From the NCBI GenBank assembly GCA_963676795.2, contig CAXXTB010000002.1:1728001-1792000 (forward strand): DNA of 64,000 nt, given 5' to 3'. Numbering within the stretch: the stretch's first letter is position 1; the number at the start of each line of letters is the position of its first letter. Below are positions 20,376-30,861 of the stretch, one piece after another. Origin of the DNA: Geopsychrobacteraceae bacterium (GTDB lineage Bacteria > Desulfobacterota > Desulfuromonadia > Desulfuromonadales > Geopsychrobacteraceae). The notes under the pieces are model-generated. The model was not told where the DNA came from and made no database searches. It saw only the letters and a list, made by a program, of their open reading frames with translations. The position numbers and the translations under genes are program-made.

Positions 20376-20936
20376 CTAAACGTTTGGAGGCGGCGATACG
20401 ACCCAGAGGATACTGGCCTGCGAAGCCGTTGGATTTTTCCAACTGTGGGGAACTGAGGCCTTAAAGGCAACGGAGTCGCCTTTATTCAGCAAGAAGTCCT
20501 CCCCCTCTATGGTAAAGGAGATTGCACCCTCAAGAACCATGGCAAATTCTTCACCAGTATGAACCATCTCTCCCTCACCACTATTACAAAATGGCTCGAG
20601 AGTATCAACAAAAACAGAAAACCCGGAATCCCTGAGCCCCTGTGTCAGGCTGGTTATCTGATGCTTGTCTTCAAAAAAGAAAATCGGTTCCCCTCGTCCG
20701 GCAAGGGTATGTATGACGCTACTTCCTTTTTCAGCTTCTTCAACAAAATAGCTGATACTCACACCTAGGGCATCAGCAAGTTTCATTAACAATTCAACAG
20801 AAGGAATTGTTAATCCGCGCTCGATACGGGAAATCATATTTGACGAAACACCAGAGAGTTTGGCAAGCTCCTGGATCGTCCGGTCCCGCTTCAATCGCGA
20901 ATATTTCAGTTTGCGACCGATAAGTTTTTTTAGCAT
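20376..20936 (-). CDS. XRE-family HTH regulator with cupin domain (tandem paralogue)
   Basis: Shares VSSNMISRIERGLTIPSVE with the neighbour; HTGEE...HSWKN. Confidence 0.9.
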   Translation of the reverse strand: MLKKLIGRKLKYSRLKRDRTIQELAKLSGVSSNMISRIERGLTIPSVELLMKLADALGVSISYFVEEAEKGSSVIHTLAGRGEPIFFFEDKHQITSLTQGLRDSGFSVFVDTLEPFCNSGEGEMVHTGEEFAMVLEGAISFTIEGEDFLLNKGDSVAFKASVPHSWKNPTASQASILWVVSPPPNV

Positions 20937-21253
20937 GTACCTCTCCCCATACTCCCCATTCGTAAATAGAAGATCGTTCTATCATCGACTTTCAAAAGGA
21001 GTCAACACAATATGATACAGGGGGAATACTAAATGGTAATACAACTATGTGAAAAAATACTTACCAGTCAGGTAGTTATAAATGATCTATTCAATTCAGC
21101 CAGTTAGCATATATTTTTCAACTTTCTATCTTGTCACTATCAAATAGCTCAATAATTATCAATAAATAGTTTTATCTATCTTTTGTGCTTCTTTTTATCA
21201 CATAAGGTATTCAATGGGCAAATAAATACTCGAAAAAAAACCGGGAACTACAT

Positions 21254-23653
21254 TCAGCCTACACTTTCCAGCTTGCCGTTATCTATGACATTCCTTATCT
21301 GCTGCAGTAAGCGAGCGGTTTTTATTGGCTTATAGAGTAGAAGATAATCCGCTTCAACAAGTCCCTGTTCGATCAACCAATCAAAGGTATAACCACTGAT
21401 AAAAATGACAGGAACGCTCGTCCTGCTCCTCAATTCTTCATAAAAATCGGAACCCTTCATTCCCGGCATAACCACATCCGACAGAATCAGATCAAAAGGC
21501 GTCCCGGCCCTGTCTAGCGACCGAAGTGCAGCCTCAGCGCAGTCACAGACCTCAACACGATAACCGACAGAGGTCAGAATGCTGGAGGTTGACTCTCGAA
21601 CGAGCGGATCATCCTCAACCAGAAGGATCGATTCTTCGCCTCCAATCAGCTGATCATCTGCCGGCTCGACCTGCACCTCTGCCCGGGCGGCAATCAAAGG
21701 CAGATAGATATGAAAACAGGAGCCCTGGCTCAGCCTACTTTCGACCAGGATGTAGCCGCGATGCTGCTTTACAATCCCCCAGGCCGTCGCCAGGCCCAAC
21801 CCTGTCCCCTTCCCCGTATCCTTGGTCGTAAAAAAGGGATCGAATATCTTCTGCTCGATCTCTTTGGGAATCCCAACCCCGGTATCCTCGACAGTAACAA
21901 CAGCATATTCACCTGGCTCCCCATAGCCGTGAACTCTGCAGAACTCCCTGTCGATCAAGGTGCGGGACGTCCGGATCGTTAAAATCCCCCGTCCTCGCAT
22001 GGCATCACGGGCATTGGTTGCCATGTTAACGAGCACCTGCTCGATCTGAGTCGGATCAGCCATGACAATCAACTGCTCGCCTGCCAGTTGCAGACACTGC
22101 TGGATCCCCCCTCCAATAATCTGACCGAAAATATCCTGCACCTTGAGAACCAGGCGATTCAGATCAATCGGGGCAGAAACGCCTGATTTTTTCCGGCTGT
22201 AGGCGAGCAAGCCATGAGTCAGACTCGACCCACGTTCTGCTGCCTCACCTATCTTATTGATTTTTGCCAAAAGCTTGGGCTGATTGGCGAGCACCCCTTT
22301 GAGAAGACCGACGTAACCGGAAATCACGGTCAGTATATTGTTGAAATCGTGAGCGATACCACCCGTCAAAGTTCCGATAGCTTCCATTTTCTGCGAATGC
22401 TGAAGCTGCTTTTCAAGCAGCTTTCTGCGCGATATATCAATAAAGGTAATAACGCCGCCAATGAGTTTGCTGTCCTGATACATCGGATGCCCCCAGCACT
22501 CGACTGAGACAGAACGCCCATCCACGCACCGAAAAAAGCTATCGTCATGCGTGACTTTCTCTCCACGCATAACCGCACCAACCAGCTGGCTGGAACAGAG
22601 CTCACCGTCGGAGAACGATGCCCCGACAATCGACTGACAGAAATTCCGGCCGACAAGATCGCGCTCGCTGTCATAGCCAAGGATCTTGACCGAGGATGCG
22701 TTACAAAAAACGATATCACCGTTCAGGTCGATACCGATAATCGCTTCTGCGGTTGAGCTGAGCAGCGTAGACAACATCTCTTCGCGCCGGGAAAGCTCTT
22801 TGACATAGTGCATCCGCTCGCATTCTGCAGCAGCACGCGCAGCGATGACGGAAAAAAGCTCTTCGATATGAGGAACAGGCTGAATCGGCTGACGCGAGTA
22901 AGCAAATACAAGGCCGAGAATCTGCCCCTCATGTCCAACCATCGGACTGCCGATAAAACAACTGGTCGACTCCAGACCCAAAACACCGGTAGCATGAAAC
23001 ATCTCGCCCGCGCCTTCAGGAATGATACAAAACTGCTCCTGCAGAACCTTGAGAAAAGGTACAAAATTGACCGAAAGCTTACACGCAGGCAGATGCACAC
23101 CTTCGCGAAAGCTGGCCCTGATTTCAAGAAGGTCACCCTGAAGAAGTCCGACGCAGGCACCTTCAACCTCGAGCCAATCAACGAGGTTACAGACGATCTC
23201 CTCAAGACACTCCTGACCTGTCAGCCCGACAGTACTGCGAACCAAGGTGCGGATTGAACTTTCGTATTTCTCTCTCAGAGTAATATCACGCGCAACCGAA
23301 AGAAAAACATCCTTTCCGCCTAGCTCAAAAAGCTGGGTTCCGATTTCAACAGGTATCCAGCGTCCATCCCGGGTCAGCAGAGCTGTCTTGAAAAGAACCT
23401 TGCCACGTGTCTGAACCTCTGCAAGAACCGACGAAAAAAGCGGCTCATCCTCCAGAGCGATACGATTAAGCTGACCTGGCCCCAATAACAGCAGGTCTTG
23501 CCGGGTATAGCCCAACAATTCGCAGGCAACATCATTGACCTCAACATAGCGCCCCGGGCGCCCATCAGAGAGGCGCTCCGAAATAAAAACAGCATCTGCA
23601 ATACCATTGAAAAGTTTTAAAAAATAGCCATCTTTGGAAAGCTCAGCGACCAT
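21254..23653 (-). CDS. Hybrid sensor histidine kinase (PAS-GAF-PAS-HisKA-HATPase-REC)
   Basis: AHDFNN H-box, [22 protein letters not shown], receiver LLVEDD/SDVVMP; start uncertain. Confidence 0.92.
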   Translation of the reverse strand: MVAELSKDGYFLKLFNGIADAVFISERLSDGRPGRYVEVNDVACELLGYTRQDLLLLGPGQLNRIALEDEPLFSSVLAEVQTRGKVLFKTALLTRDGRWIPVEIGTQLFELGGKDVFLSVARDITLREKYESSIRTLVRSTVGLTGQECLEEIVCNLVDWLEVEGACVGLLQGDLLEIRASFREGVHLPACKLSVNFVPFLKVLQEQFCIIPEGAGEMFHATGVLGLESTSCFIGSPMVGHEGQILGLVFAYSRQPIQPVPHIEELFSVIAARAAAECERMHYVKELSRREEMLSTLLSSTAEAIIGIDLNGDIVFCNASSVKILGYDSERDLVGRNFCQSIVGASFSDGELCSSQLVGAVMRGEKVTHDDSFFRCVDGRSVSVECWGHPMYQDSKLIGGVITFIDISRRKLLEKQLQHSQKMEAIGTLTGGIAHDFNNILTVISGYVGLLKGVLANQPKLLAKINKIGEAAERGSSLTHGLLAYSRKKSGVSAPIDLNRLVLKVQDIFGQIIGGGIQQCLQLAGEQLIVMADPTQIEQVLVNMATNARDAMRGRGILTIRTSRTLIDREFCRVHGYGEPGEYAVVTVEDTGVGIPKEIEQKIFDPFFTTKDTGKGTGLGLATAWGIVKQHRGYILVESRLSQGSCFHIYLPLIAARAEVQVEPADDQLIGGEESILLVEDDPLVRESTSSILTSVGYRVEVCDCAEAALRSLDRAGTPFDLILSDVVMPGMKGSDFYEELRSRTSVPVIFISGYTFDWLIEQGLVEADYLLLYKPIKTARLLQQIRNVIDNGKLESVG

Positions 23654-23858
23654 AGTTAACCTTATGCGAACGAAACTCATTAAAGAGGTTATGCACTCAT
23701 TGCAATTTAACAAAAGTTTTCTATGAATCAAGTGTTATTCAGGTTTTGTTCCTGCTCGGTCTCTGAAGGCAAATGACAGATAACCCCTAAAAAGCTCTTT
23801 GCAAAAGGGTCAATCTGTGATAGTTTTCTGCGGCTTAACGGATAAAAGGAGTCCATTG

Positions 23859-24170
23859 ATGAGCACATTGCTGATTATATTACATGTCATCGTATCCATT
23901 GCCCTGATTGTCATCGTCCTGCTCCAGATGGGAAAGGGAGCGCAAGCTGGTGCTTCTTTCGGTGCTGGTGGCAGCCAGGCCATGTTCGGTTCAACAGGTG
24001 GCAATTTCATGAGCAAGATCACTGCAGCTGCAGCAATAATCTTCATGCTGACCAGCCTCACTCTTGCCTATTTTTATGGTTCAGACAGTTCAAAAACAGT
24101 CATGCCTTCTGTCGTGAGCCCTGCCCAGAGCTCACTTCCGGCAGATAATGATATGCCAAAAAATAATTAG
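23859..24170 (+). CDS. secG: Preprotein translocase subunit SecG
   Basis: VLLQ.GKGA..GASFG.G.SQAMFGS; AGGAG RBS; followed by tRNA-Leu. Confidence 0.93.
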   Translation: MSTLLIILHVIVSIALIVIVLLQMGKGAQAGASFGAGGSQAMFGSTGGNFMSKITAAAAIIFMLTSLTLAYFYGSDSSKTVMPSVVSPAQSSLPADNDMPKNN

Positions 24171-24181
24171 TCATTTTCTTA

Positions 24182-24210
24182 TTGACGACGAGATCATGAT
24201 TCAGTATAAA
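24182..24210 (+). promoter_or_regulatory. Sigma70 promoter of tRNA-Leu
   Basis: TTGACG-17-TATAAA. Confidence 0.7.
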
Positions 24211-24222
24211 GACGTCCGCATT

Positions 24223-24309
24223 GCCGAAATGGTGGAATTGGTAGACACGCCATCTTGAGGGGGTGGTGGGAGTATTCCCGTGAGAGTTCGAGTCTCTCTT
24301 TCGGCACCA
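24223..24309 (+). tRNA. tRNA-Leu(GAG)
   Basis: GCCGAAATGGTGGAATTGGTAGACACG...TTGAGGG..long variable arm..GTTCGAGTC...CGGCACCA, 87 nt. Confidence 0.96.
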
Positions 24310-24319
24310 AAAAATAAAC

Positions 24320-24351
24320 AACCCGGTTACTTCTCAAGTAACCGGGTTTTT
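24320..24351 (+). terminator. Terminator after tRNA-Leu
   Basis: AACCCGGTTACTT/AAGTAACCGGGTT followed by a T-tract. Confidence 0.75.
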
Positions 24352-24562
24352 ATTTTCCCATTCGACCAACTCATCCAGACAATTATAAAATTAAAATTAT
24401 TATTTTTTTCAAACTTAACTATTGATATATTACTATTCAGAAAACTTAATCTGCTTTCAGCCACACCACTTGAAAATCAACAATACTTGCAACAATTTAT
24501 CTCAACCCACTTCAAATCAATGGTGAGACCCGCTCAGCGGGGAAAGTGCGGAGGTAAAATCG

Positions 24563-24796
24563 ATGAATGTCCCTGACAAAACCAATCCCAAATGGGCCGA
24601 AATCGTAACCGGCAAGAAGAACTACCCTCTTAAATTTCTCGCCGCGAAGATCATGTTATCCAGAATTATGCGTACGACCGGGGCAAATCCGACACCTGAA
24701 AATATTTCAGCTTCCGTGAATGAACTTTACAGTCTCTATAGCGCAAATATCAATGTCCCGTCAGCTCAGACCGATATCCAAACAATTTTCGGATAG
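24563..24796 (+). CDS. Hypothetical protein, 77 aa
   Basis: GGAGG RBS; 9 nt from the next gene. Confidence 0.7.
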   Translation: MNVPDKTNPKWAEIVTGKKNYPLKFLAAKIMLSRIMRTTGANPTPENISASVNELYSLYSANINVPSAQTDIQTIFG

Positions 24797-24805
24797 GAGA
24801 TAGCG

Positions 24806-25801
24806 ATGCAACAGGATCTACTCGATATCAGCGCAGCCTCTGAATTGATAAGCGCAGGAAAACAGCTGCTCATAGCAGGCGAAGAAAATCTTTTGGCTCA
24901 ACTCCCCCAAGGGAGGTGGATCGGCGGCTCTATTCCCTACTTCATCACGCCTGGCCTTGGAGGAACCCAGTCCCAGGACAAGGTCTTCGTAACTGACATT
25001 TCCGAGATAGTCGACAAGTGCAGAATTCATACATACACCGCAACAACAATAGGTTCCATATACACGGATGCCGGAAGTAACGGATTCAGCATTATCATCA
25101 TCCCTGCCGCCAGCAAGGTTCACGCAACCTTTTCAGTTAATGCCCCCAATTATAAGGATTTTGGCAGCCAGCCACTGGTTGGGTGGATCTCAGGAGTTCA
25201 CCTGGACGAACTTGCCATAAAAAAACCGATTGTCGTCAACGGAGAAACCGGTGAAATGCTGACTGATCAAGCAATAGTGATGCATGTTGATCTCGTCGCA
25301 GGAAAAACTGTCGATGTCGGCATTGTCAACTTGTTTGAACAAGGCAATGGGGAGATACTGACATTTGAAAAAGATGGCTTTGAAAGCACAGATGTCAATG
25401 TCAACGGCATCAAAGAAAACTTTTATGAATATCTGACCAAAAACAATATAGACACCAAACTGCCCCTGGTTGCTGACTATTACGGCACGATGATAAACAT
25501 CAGTTTCCAGAGCCTTAACAGGAATGAGCCAGTCAAGCTCTATGCCCCAGTGTTCAGTGGCATCCGTTACAAAATCGCCAGACCGATCGAAAATTACCCG
25601 GAAGAATTCAGCAAACAACTCGTTATGAGTGGCCTGCAGGAACAACAGATCCTCTTCTCCTGCAACTGCATCCTGAATTATCTTTACTCTGATCTGAAAG
25701 GAAACAAAACAGAACAGTTCGTCGGTCCGGTCACTTTCGGCGAGATCGCCTACCAACTATTGAACCAAACACTGGTCTACCTTCAACTTAATGACGCTTG
25801 A
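24806..25801 (+). CDS. Uncharacterised FIST-like protein (DUF6976-like)
   Basis: WIGG.IPYF, SCNCILNYLY, C-terminal TFGEIAYQLLNQT reminiscent of FIST_C; AGGAG RBS. Confidence 0.65.
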   Translation: MQQDLLDISAASELISAGKQLLIAGEENLLAQLPQGRWIGGSIPYFITPGLGGTQSQDKVFVTDISEIVDKCRIHTYTATTIGSIYTDAGSNGFSIIIIPAASKVHATFSVNAPNYKDFGSQPLVGWISGVHLDELAIKKPIVVNGETGEMLTDQAIVMHVDLVAGKTVDVGIVNLFEQGNGEILTFEKDGFESTDVNVNGIKENFYEYLTKNNIDTKLPLVADYYGTMINISFQSLNRNEPVKLYAPVFSGIRYKIARPIENYPEEFSKQLVMSGLQEQQILFSCNCILNYLYSDLKGNKTEQFVGPVTFGEIAYQLLNQTLVYLQLNDA

Positions 25802-26131
25802 TGTTCAGGAGGGCGCTGCGTAAAGGCAGCGCCCTCTCAATTTTTCTATACAGCCTGAAAACTGCCTGCTCCTGTCAGGACCACAAACCCGGTTGCTGCA
25901 GGGATGGTAAATTTATGCATTTTGCATGCATAAAACAGCTCCAGAAACAGTGGTATCTCGCCCAGCCTTCTATACAAGAGAACCCAACAATCATCTATAA
26001 ACTCGTGCATATTATCGAAAGAATTATCTGCCTCAGTTTCAACCTTTTGTAATCAATCTGCTAAACTGTCAAATAATGTTCATTGGTTCACAATAACAAC
26101 TTTCAGGGCCCGGCGGAAAGGAACATAATGC

Positions 26132-26173
26132 TTGACATCGTACGACCGTACAAATATATAGTTTACATGTACA
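26132..26173 (+). promoter_or_regulatory. Sigma70 promoter with a probable TetR operator in the spacer
   Basis: TTGACA-17-TATATA; near-palindrome GTACGACCGTAC at 26140-26151; further TGTACA at 26168-26173. Confidence 0.65.
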
Positions 26174-26240
26174 CCGCTAATACATTGTTATATTTCATCT
26201 TAGCTTGAGTAGAACAGTAACCCGACTATGGGGAGGAACA

Positions 26241-28145
26241 ATGGCGTTTAAGGTATCCGAAATTTTTACAGCCAAACTACCGATTTCAATCTGCGGCGGC
26301 CTGATGACTCTGGTCTGCATCCTCTGGAATCTCGATGTCCACACTCACCTGGGTATTCCGATCCTGACGGAACAATACCTGGCCTTCCAGCTCGGAATGG
26401 CAATCTTCATTGTCTATCTCACCAGCAGTTTCCGAAAAAAGAACCTGACAAAAACCAGCATCCTGGGCGGGATTATTGCCCTGATCGGTCTATGCACCCT
26501 GCTCTATACGAGCTTCAATTACCTAGACCTCCTGTCTGAGCAGGCGTACAGACCGATGTCACTGACAATAATCGGTTTTGTCGTTATTTTCTGCGTCACT
26601 GAAGGGGTCAGAAGAAAAGCCGGACTCTCTCTGTTTATTATTGTCGCGCTGTTCATTCTCTACGCCCTTCTCGCCCATAAAATGCCTGGCATGTTTGTCG
26701 GCCGGAAAATGGACATCGTGCCCCTGCTGCAATATGTTGGCTTCGATCCAAGTGCTGCTTTTGGTCTGCCTCTGACGGTTGCCTCGGTCATCGTCATTCT
26801 CTTCGTCTTCTTTGGCAAATTGCTGTTTCTCGCCGGTGGCGGTGAATTCTTTACCGATCTGGCAACAGCACTGACAGGCCGGACCCGTGGCGGGAGTGCT
26901 AAGATTTCGATCGTCGCTTCAGCGCTGTTTGGTTCGATCTCAGGCAGCGCAGTATCAAACGTTGTTACGACCGGAATCATTACCATTCCGATGATGAGGA
27001 AAAGCGGCTATTCCGACAGAGACGCCGGAGCCATTGAGGCGATCGCCTCCACCGGTGGTCAGCTGACTCCGCCGATCATGGGCGCAGCAGCCTTTCTTAT
27101 GGCTGAGTTTCTGGAGATATCCTATATGACGGTTGCTCTCGCAGCCATCATTCCGGCGTTGCTCTATTACTTCAGTGTTTTCGTTCAGGTTGACCTGATT
27201 GCCGCCAGAGACAACATCAAATCAGGAGATGAACGACAGAGCGCAAAAGAGGTGCTAAAAAAAGGCTGGCACCTGATCATTCCTTTTGTTGTCCTGTTTG
27301 TCGCCCTCTTTGGCTTTCAGATTGATCCTGAAAAATCGGCCCTGGTTTCAGCAGTATCAGTCATCGTTGTCGGTGCGTTGAAAAGCTACAAAGGCTACCG
27401 GATCAACTTTTCAAGTATCATAGACGCCTTTGTATCGACCGGAACCAGCCTGGTTGATCTGATTCTCATTGTAACGGCGGCCGGCTTCGTTATCGGCATC
27501 CTCAACGTCACCGGCCTCGGTTTCGCCCTGACCCTGTTCCTGGTCGACAGTGTTGGTGGAAACCAGTTTGTCATACTTATCGTTGCCGCCCTGATCTCGA
27601 CTCTGCTGGGGATGGGCATGCCGACTTCGGGTGTCTACGTTCTGCTCGCTGCGCTGATCGTTCCGTCGATGGTCGAAGCCGGTATCACCCCGATCAGTGC
27701 CCACATGTTCATTCTCTACTTCGGCATGATGTCGATGATCACACCGCCGATCGCCCTCGCCGCTTTCGCCGCTGCGGCAATCACCAAAACAAACCCGGTA
27801 GAGACCGGCTGGTCGTCGATGCGTATTGGCTGGGCGTCTTACCTGATCCCCTTTGCTTTCGTTGTTGCGCCGGAACTGCTTCTTGAAGGCAGTTTCTGGA
27901 TCACCATCGTCGATACCCTGCAGGCGGCAATCGGCATCGCTGCAGGCTCAATAGCCGTTGTTGGCTTCATCGGCAAAAAGCTCAAAGTCTCAACACGCGT
28001 TCTGCTGGCCGTCCTGGGTTTCTTCGGTATGCCATTTTTTGAAGCACTGCACTTTATGCTTTACCCTTCTTATATTGCCGCGGTTCTGGCAATACTCTTT
28101 ATCTTTCTTATTCAGTTCAAGGGAGAAAAACTGAATTTCATTTAA
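26241..28145 (+). CDS. TRAP transporter fused 4TM/12TM permease
   Basis: ASALFGSISGS.V.NV..TG..TIP, ASTGGQL.PPIMGAAAF, LGMGMPT, ITPP.ALAAF. Confidence 0.93.
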   Translation: MAFKVSEIFTAKLPISICGGLMTLVCILWNLDVHTHLGIPILTEQYLAFQLGMAIFIVYLTSSFRKKNLTKTSILGGIIALIGLCTLLYTSFNYLDLLSEQAYRPMSLTIIGFVVIFCVTEGVRRKAGLSLFIIVALFILYALLAHKMPGMFVGRKMDIVPLLQYVGFDPSAAFGLPLTVASVIVILFVFFGKLLFLAGGGEFFTDLATALTGRTRGGSAKISIVASALFGSISGSAVSNVVTTGIITIPMMRKSGYSDRDAGAIEAIASTGGQLTPPIMGAAAFLMAEFLEISYMTVALAAIIPALLYYFSVFVQVDLIAARDNIKSGDERQSAKEVLKKGWHLIIPFVVLFVALFGFQIDPEKSALVSAVSVIVVGALKSYKGYRINFSSIIDAFVSTGTSLVDLILIVTAAGFVIGILNVTGLGFALTLFLVDSVGGNQFVILIVAALISTLLGMGMPTSGVYVLLAALIVPSMVEAGITPISAHMFILYFGMMSMITPPIALAAFAAAAITKTNPVETGWSSMRIGWASYLIPFAFVVAPELLLEGSFWITIVDTLQAAIGIAAGSIAVVGFIGKKLKVSTRVLLAVLGFFGMPFFEALHFMLYPSYIAAVLAILFIFLIQFKGEKLNFI

Positions 28146-28162
28146 CCCGAGCAAAAGGAGTC

Positions 28163-29152
28163 ATGAGGATGAAAACAATGAGAAAAATCTTTTTACTGGC
28201 CATCATTTCGGCATTTTTGTTGACCACAAACGCTATCGCCGTTGAGATTGTCGGCGTCGCTTCCGGCCAACCCGGCAGCCTCGGCTACAACACCGCACAG
28301 GCGGTAGCCAAACTCGCCAATCAGGAAGCCAAGATTATCGCCCGGACCCAGCCGCTGGCCGGTACCGCTGCCTACATTCCGCTGATCAACAGAGGAGAAC
28401 TCCAGTTCGGCTTCGTCAATGGCGTCGAACTTGACTACGCCTACACCGGTACCGGCAACTGGGAAGGCAGAAAAAGCGACAACCTGCGTATGGTCGGCGT
28501 CATGTTCCCGTTGATTACCGGCATCATGGCCCCGGCCAAGATGGACATCATGACCATTGATGACCTGAAAGCCAAGGCCTCAGGTCTGAAGATTGCCTCC
28601 GAATATACCGCTGATACAACAATCCGCTATTACATCATGGGCGCTCTCGCCACCGGCGGCCTGACCTATGACGATTTCAAACAGGTTCCTGTCTCAAACT
28701 TCGTCAAAGGGATTGAAGCGGTCGGTGACGGTATGGTCGACGTCGCACTGGTCAGTCTGAACTCGGGGGCCGGCAAAAAGGCCAACGCAACCATGTCCGG
28801 CGGTCTGCGTTACATTTCTCTCGACAACTCCCCAGAGGGTGAAAAACGCCTTAAAGATTTCATGCCGTCGGCCTCTTTGACAACGGTCAAAGCCAACGAC
28901 AGCATTCCAGGCATGCAGAACGATGCCAACCTGATCAAGATTCCATGGGTTCTGTTTACCAGCAAAGACACCTCGGATGATCTGGTCTACCGCATGATCA
29001 AAGTCATCGCTGAAAACAACGAAAAACTCGGTCAGTCGTTTGGTGCCTTTAAACGCGCTGAACTCGAGGCCATGGCGCCAGCCACACCTGTGCCTTACCA
29101 TCCTGGTGCTCTGAAGTATTACCAGGAAGCGGGTATCAAGGTAGGAAACTGA
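28163..29152 (+). CDS. TAXI-family TRAP substrate-binding protein
   Basis: Signal peptide; ASGQPGS, C-terminal VPYHPGALKYY. Confidence 0.9.
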   Translation: MRMKTMRKIFLLAIISAFLLTTNAIAVEIVGVASGQPGSLGYNTAQAVAKLANQEAKIIARTQPLAGTAAYIPLINRGELQFGFVNGVELDYAYTGTGNWEGRKSDNLRMVGVMFPLITGIMAPAKMDIMTIDDLKAKASGLKIASEYTADTTIRYYIMGALATGGLTYDDFKQVPVSNFVKGIEAVGDGMVDVALVSLNSGAGKKANATMSGGLRYISLDNSPEGEKRLKDFMPSASLTTVKANDSIPGMQNDANLIKIPWVLFTSKDTSDDLVYRMIKVIAENNEKLGQSFGAFKRAELEAMAPATPVPYHPGALKYYQEAGIKVGN

Positions 29153-29192
29153 TCAAACATCAAGCAACTATTGAAGAATTAAGGAGCAACCC

Positions 29193-30065
29193 ATGGTAAC
29201 CCCGGGATATTTAGCATTTCATCCGAATCCAAAAAAACCGGATATAACACTTCCGCGCGGCGCGTGCGATTCACATTGTCATGTTTTTGGTCCCGGGGAT
29301 ACCTTCCCCTATTCACCACAAAGCAGCTATATTCCGGTCGATGCACCGAAAGAGATCCTGTTTCAAAGACACAGGTTTCTCGGCTTTGATCGCGCCGTTA
29401 TCGTTCAGGCCAGCTGTCACGGGACTGATAACCGGGCCATGATCGATGCCCTGATCGCTGGTGGCGATGATTATCGTGGCATCGCCATCGTGAAGCCGGA
29501 TATCAGCCATGACGAATTGGCGATGATGGATGTGCAAGGCGTTCGGGGCGTCCGTTTCAACTTTGTCAAGCGTCTCAAAGCACGTCAGTCTGAAGAGAAC
29601 CAGAAACAGATTATTGAAAAAATTGCCAAGTTCTCCTGGCACACCGTTGTCTATTTTGAGCCAGAAGATCTGAGTGAGATCAAAAATTTCCTGAAGCAGT
29701 TAGAAACACCGGTCATCATCGATCATATGGGTCGGGTCCCGGTCGAAAAAGGGGTAAACAGCCCGGAATTTGAAGAACTCGCTGACCTGCTCAGAGATGA
29801 CAAGTTCTGGGTCAAAGTCACCTGCCCGGAGAGGCTTTCAAAACAGGGTCCGCCCTACAGCGACGTCGACGAAGTCTCCAAGGAACTGATTCGCCTGGTT
29901 CCGGATCGTGTCCTGTGGGGCACTGACTGGCCACACCCCAATATGAAGAGCCATATCCCTGATGATGGCCTGCTTGTTGATCGTCTTGTAACAATCTGCC
30001 CGGATATTGTACAGCAGCAGAAAATGCTGATTGATAATCCGAACAAACTCTACTGGAACAGATAA
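29193..30065 (+). CDS. ligI: 2-pyrone-4,6-dicarboxylate lactonase
   Basis: ACDSHCHVFGP, VQASCHGTDN, GVRFNFVKRL, DHMGR, WGTDWPHPNM..H.PDDG.LVD. Confidence 0.88.
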   Translation: MVTPGYLAFHPNPKKPDITLPRGACDSHCHVFGPGDTFPYSPQSSYIPVDAPKEILFQRHRFLGFDRAVIVQASCHGTDNRAMIDALIAGGDDYRGIAIVKPDISHDELAMMDVQGVRGVRFNFVKRLKARQSEENQKQIIEKIAKFSWHTVVYFEPEDLSEIKNFLKQLETPVIIDHMGRVPVEKGVNSPEFEELADLLRDDKFWVKVTCPERLSKQGPPYSDVDEVSKELIRLVPDRVLWGTDWPHPNMKSHIPDDGLLVDRLVTICPDIVQQQKMLIDNPNKLYWNR

Positions 30066-30108
30066 CCAGTCGGGCTTGACTGCAAACTAGATCGAATGGA
30101 GTTGTTTT

Positions 30109-30846
30109 ATGTCTGATACAAAAAAAAACGCACTTGTCATCAGCGCACATTCTGCTGATTTTGTCTGGCGCGCAGGCGGTGCGATCGCGCTGCATGCCCA
30201 GAAAGGCTACGATGTCACCGTTGTCTGCCTCAGCTTCGGCGAACGCGGCGAAAGCGCCAAGCTCTGGAAAGAACCCGGAATGACCCTGGAGAAGGTCAAA
30301 GTGGCGCGCCGCAAGGAAGCTGAAGCGGCGGCAAAAGCACTCAATGTCCACGACATTCAGTTTTTTGATCTCGGCGATTATCCTCTCGAGCTCGACAGAG
30401 AGGCCAAATACAAGCTTGTCGACGTGATCCGCACAGTCCAGCCACAGTTCATGCTCAGCCACTCCCAGTATGATCCGTATAACACCGATCATGCCTATGC
30501 AACCAAGATTGCGCTGGAATGCCGCATGGTCGCCCAGGCCTGGGGGCACAACCCCGGCGAAAAGGTCCTCGGCGCTCCGCAGCTTTACCTTTTTGAACCG
30601 CACCAGACCGAACAGATGGGCTGGAAACCGGATACCTTTCTCGACATCACCAGTGTCTGGGAGAACAAGAAGGCAGCCATCGAGTGCATGCAGGGGCAGG
30701 AACATCTCTGGCACTACTACACCAATGTCGCAGAAAACAGGGGGAATCACTTCCGCCGCAACTCCGGCGGGCAGTCAGGTGGACGGGACGCCAGATACGC
30801 CGAGGGATTTCAATCGGTCTTCCCGCGCACTGTCGACGAGCTTTAA
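30109..30846 (+). CDS. galB: 4-oxalomesaconate hydratase (PIG-L family)
   Basis: SAHSADFVWRAGGAIA, SFGERGES, DPYNTDH, FEPHQTE. Confidence 0.88.
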   Translation: MSDTKKNALVISAHSADFVWRAGGAIALHAQKGYDVTVVCLSFGERGESAKLWKEPGMTLEKVKVARRKEAEAAAKALNVHDIQFFDLGDYPLELDREAKYKLVDVIRTVQPQFMLSHSQYDPYNTDHAYATKIALECRMVAQAWGHNPGEKVLGAPQLYLFEPHQTEQMGWKPDTFLDITSVWENKKAAIECMQGQEHLWHYYTNVAENRGNHFRRNSGGQSGGRDARYAEGFQSVFPRTVDEL

Positions 30847-30861
30847 GGAAGGAGTTTGCCC

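Noticed and set aside
24100..24576. ORFs overlapping tRNA-Leu (and 9839-10042 over tRNA-Pro)
   Set aside because: Spurious translations across tRNA genes
25912..25934. Inverted repeat TTTATGCAT-N5-ATGCATAAA
   Set aside because: AT-rich, far from a start codon and seen only once; not enough support
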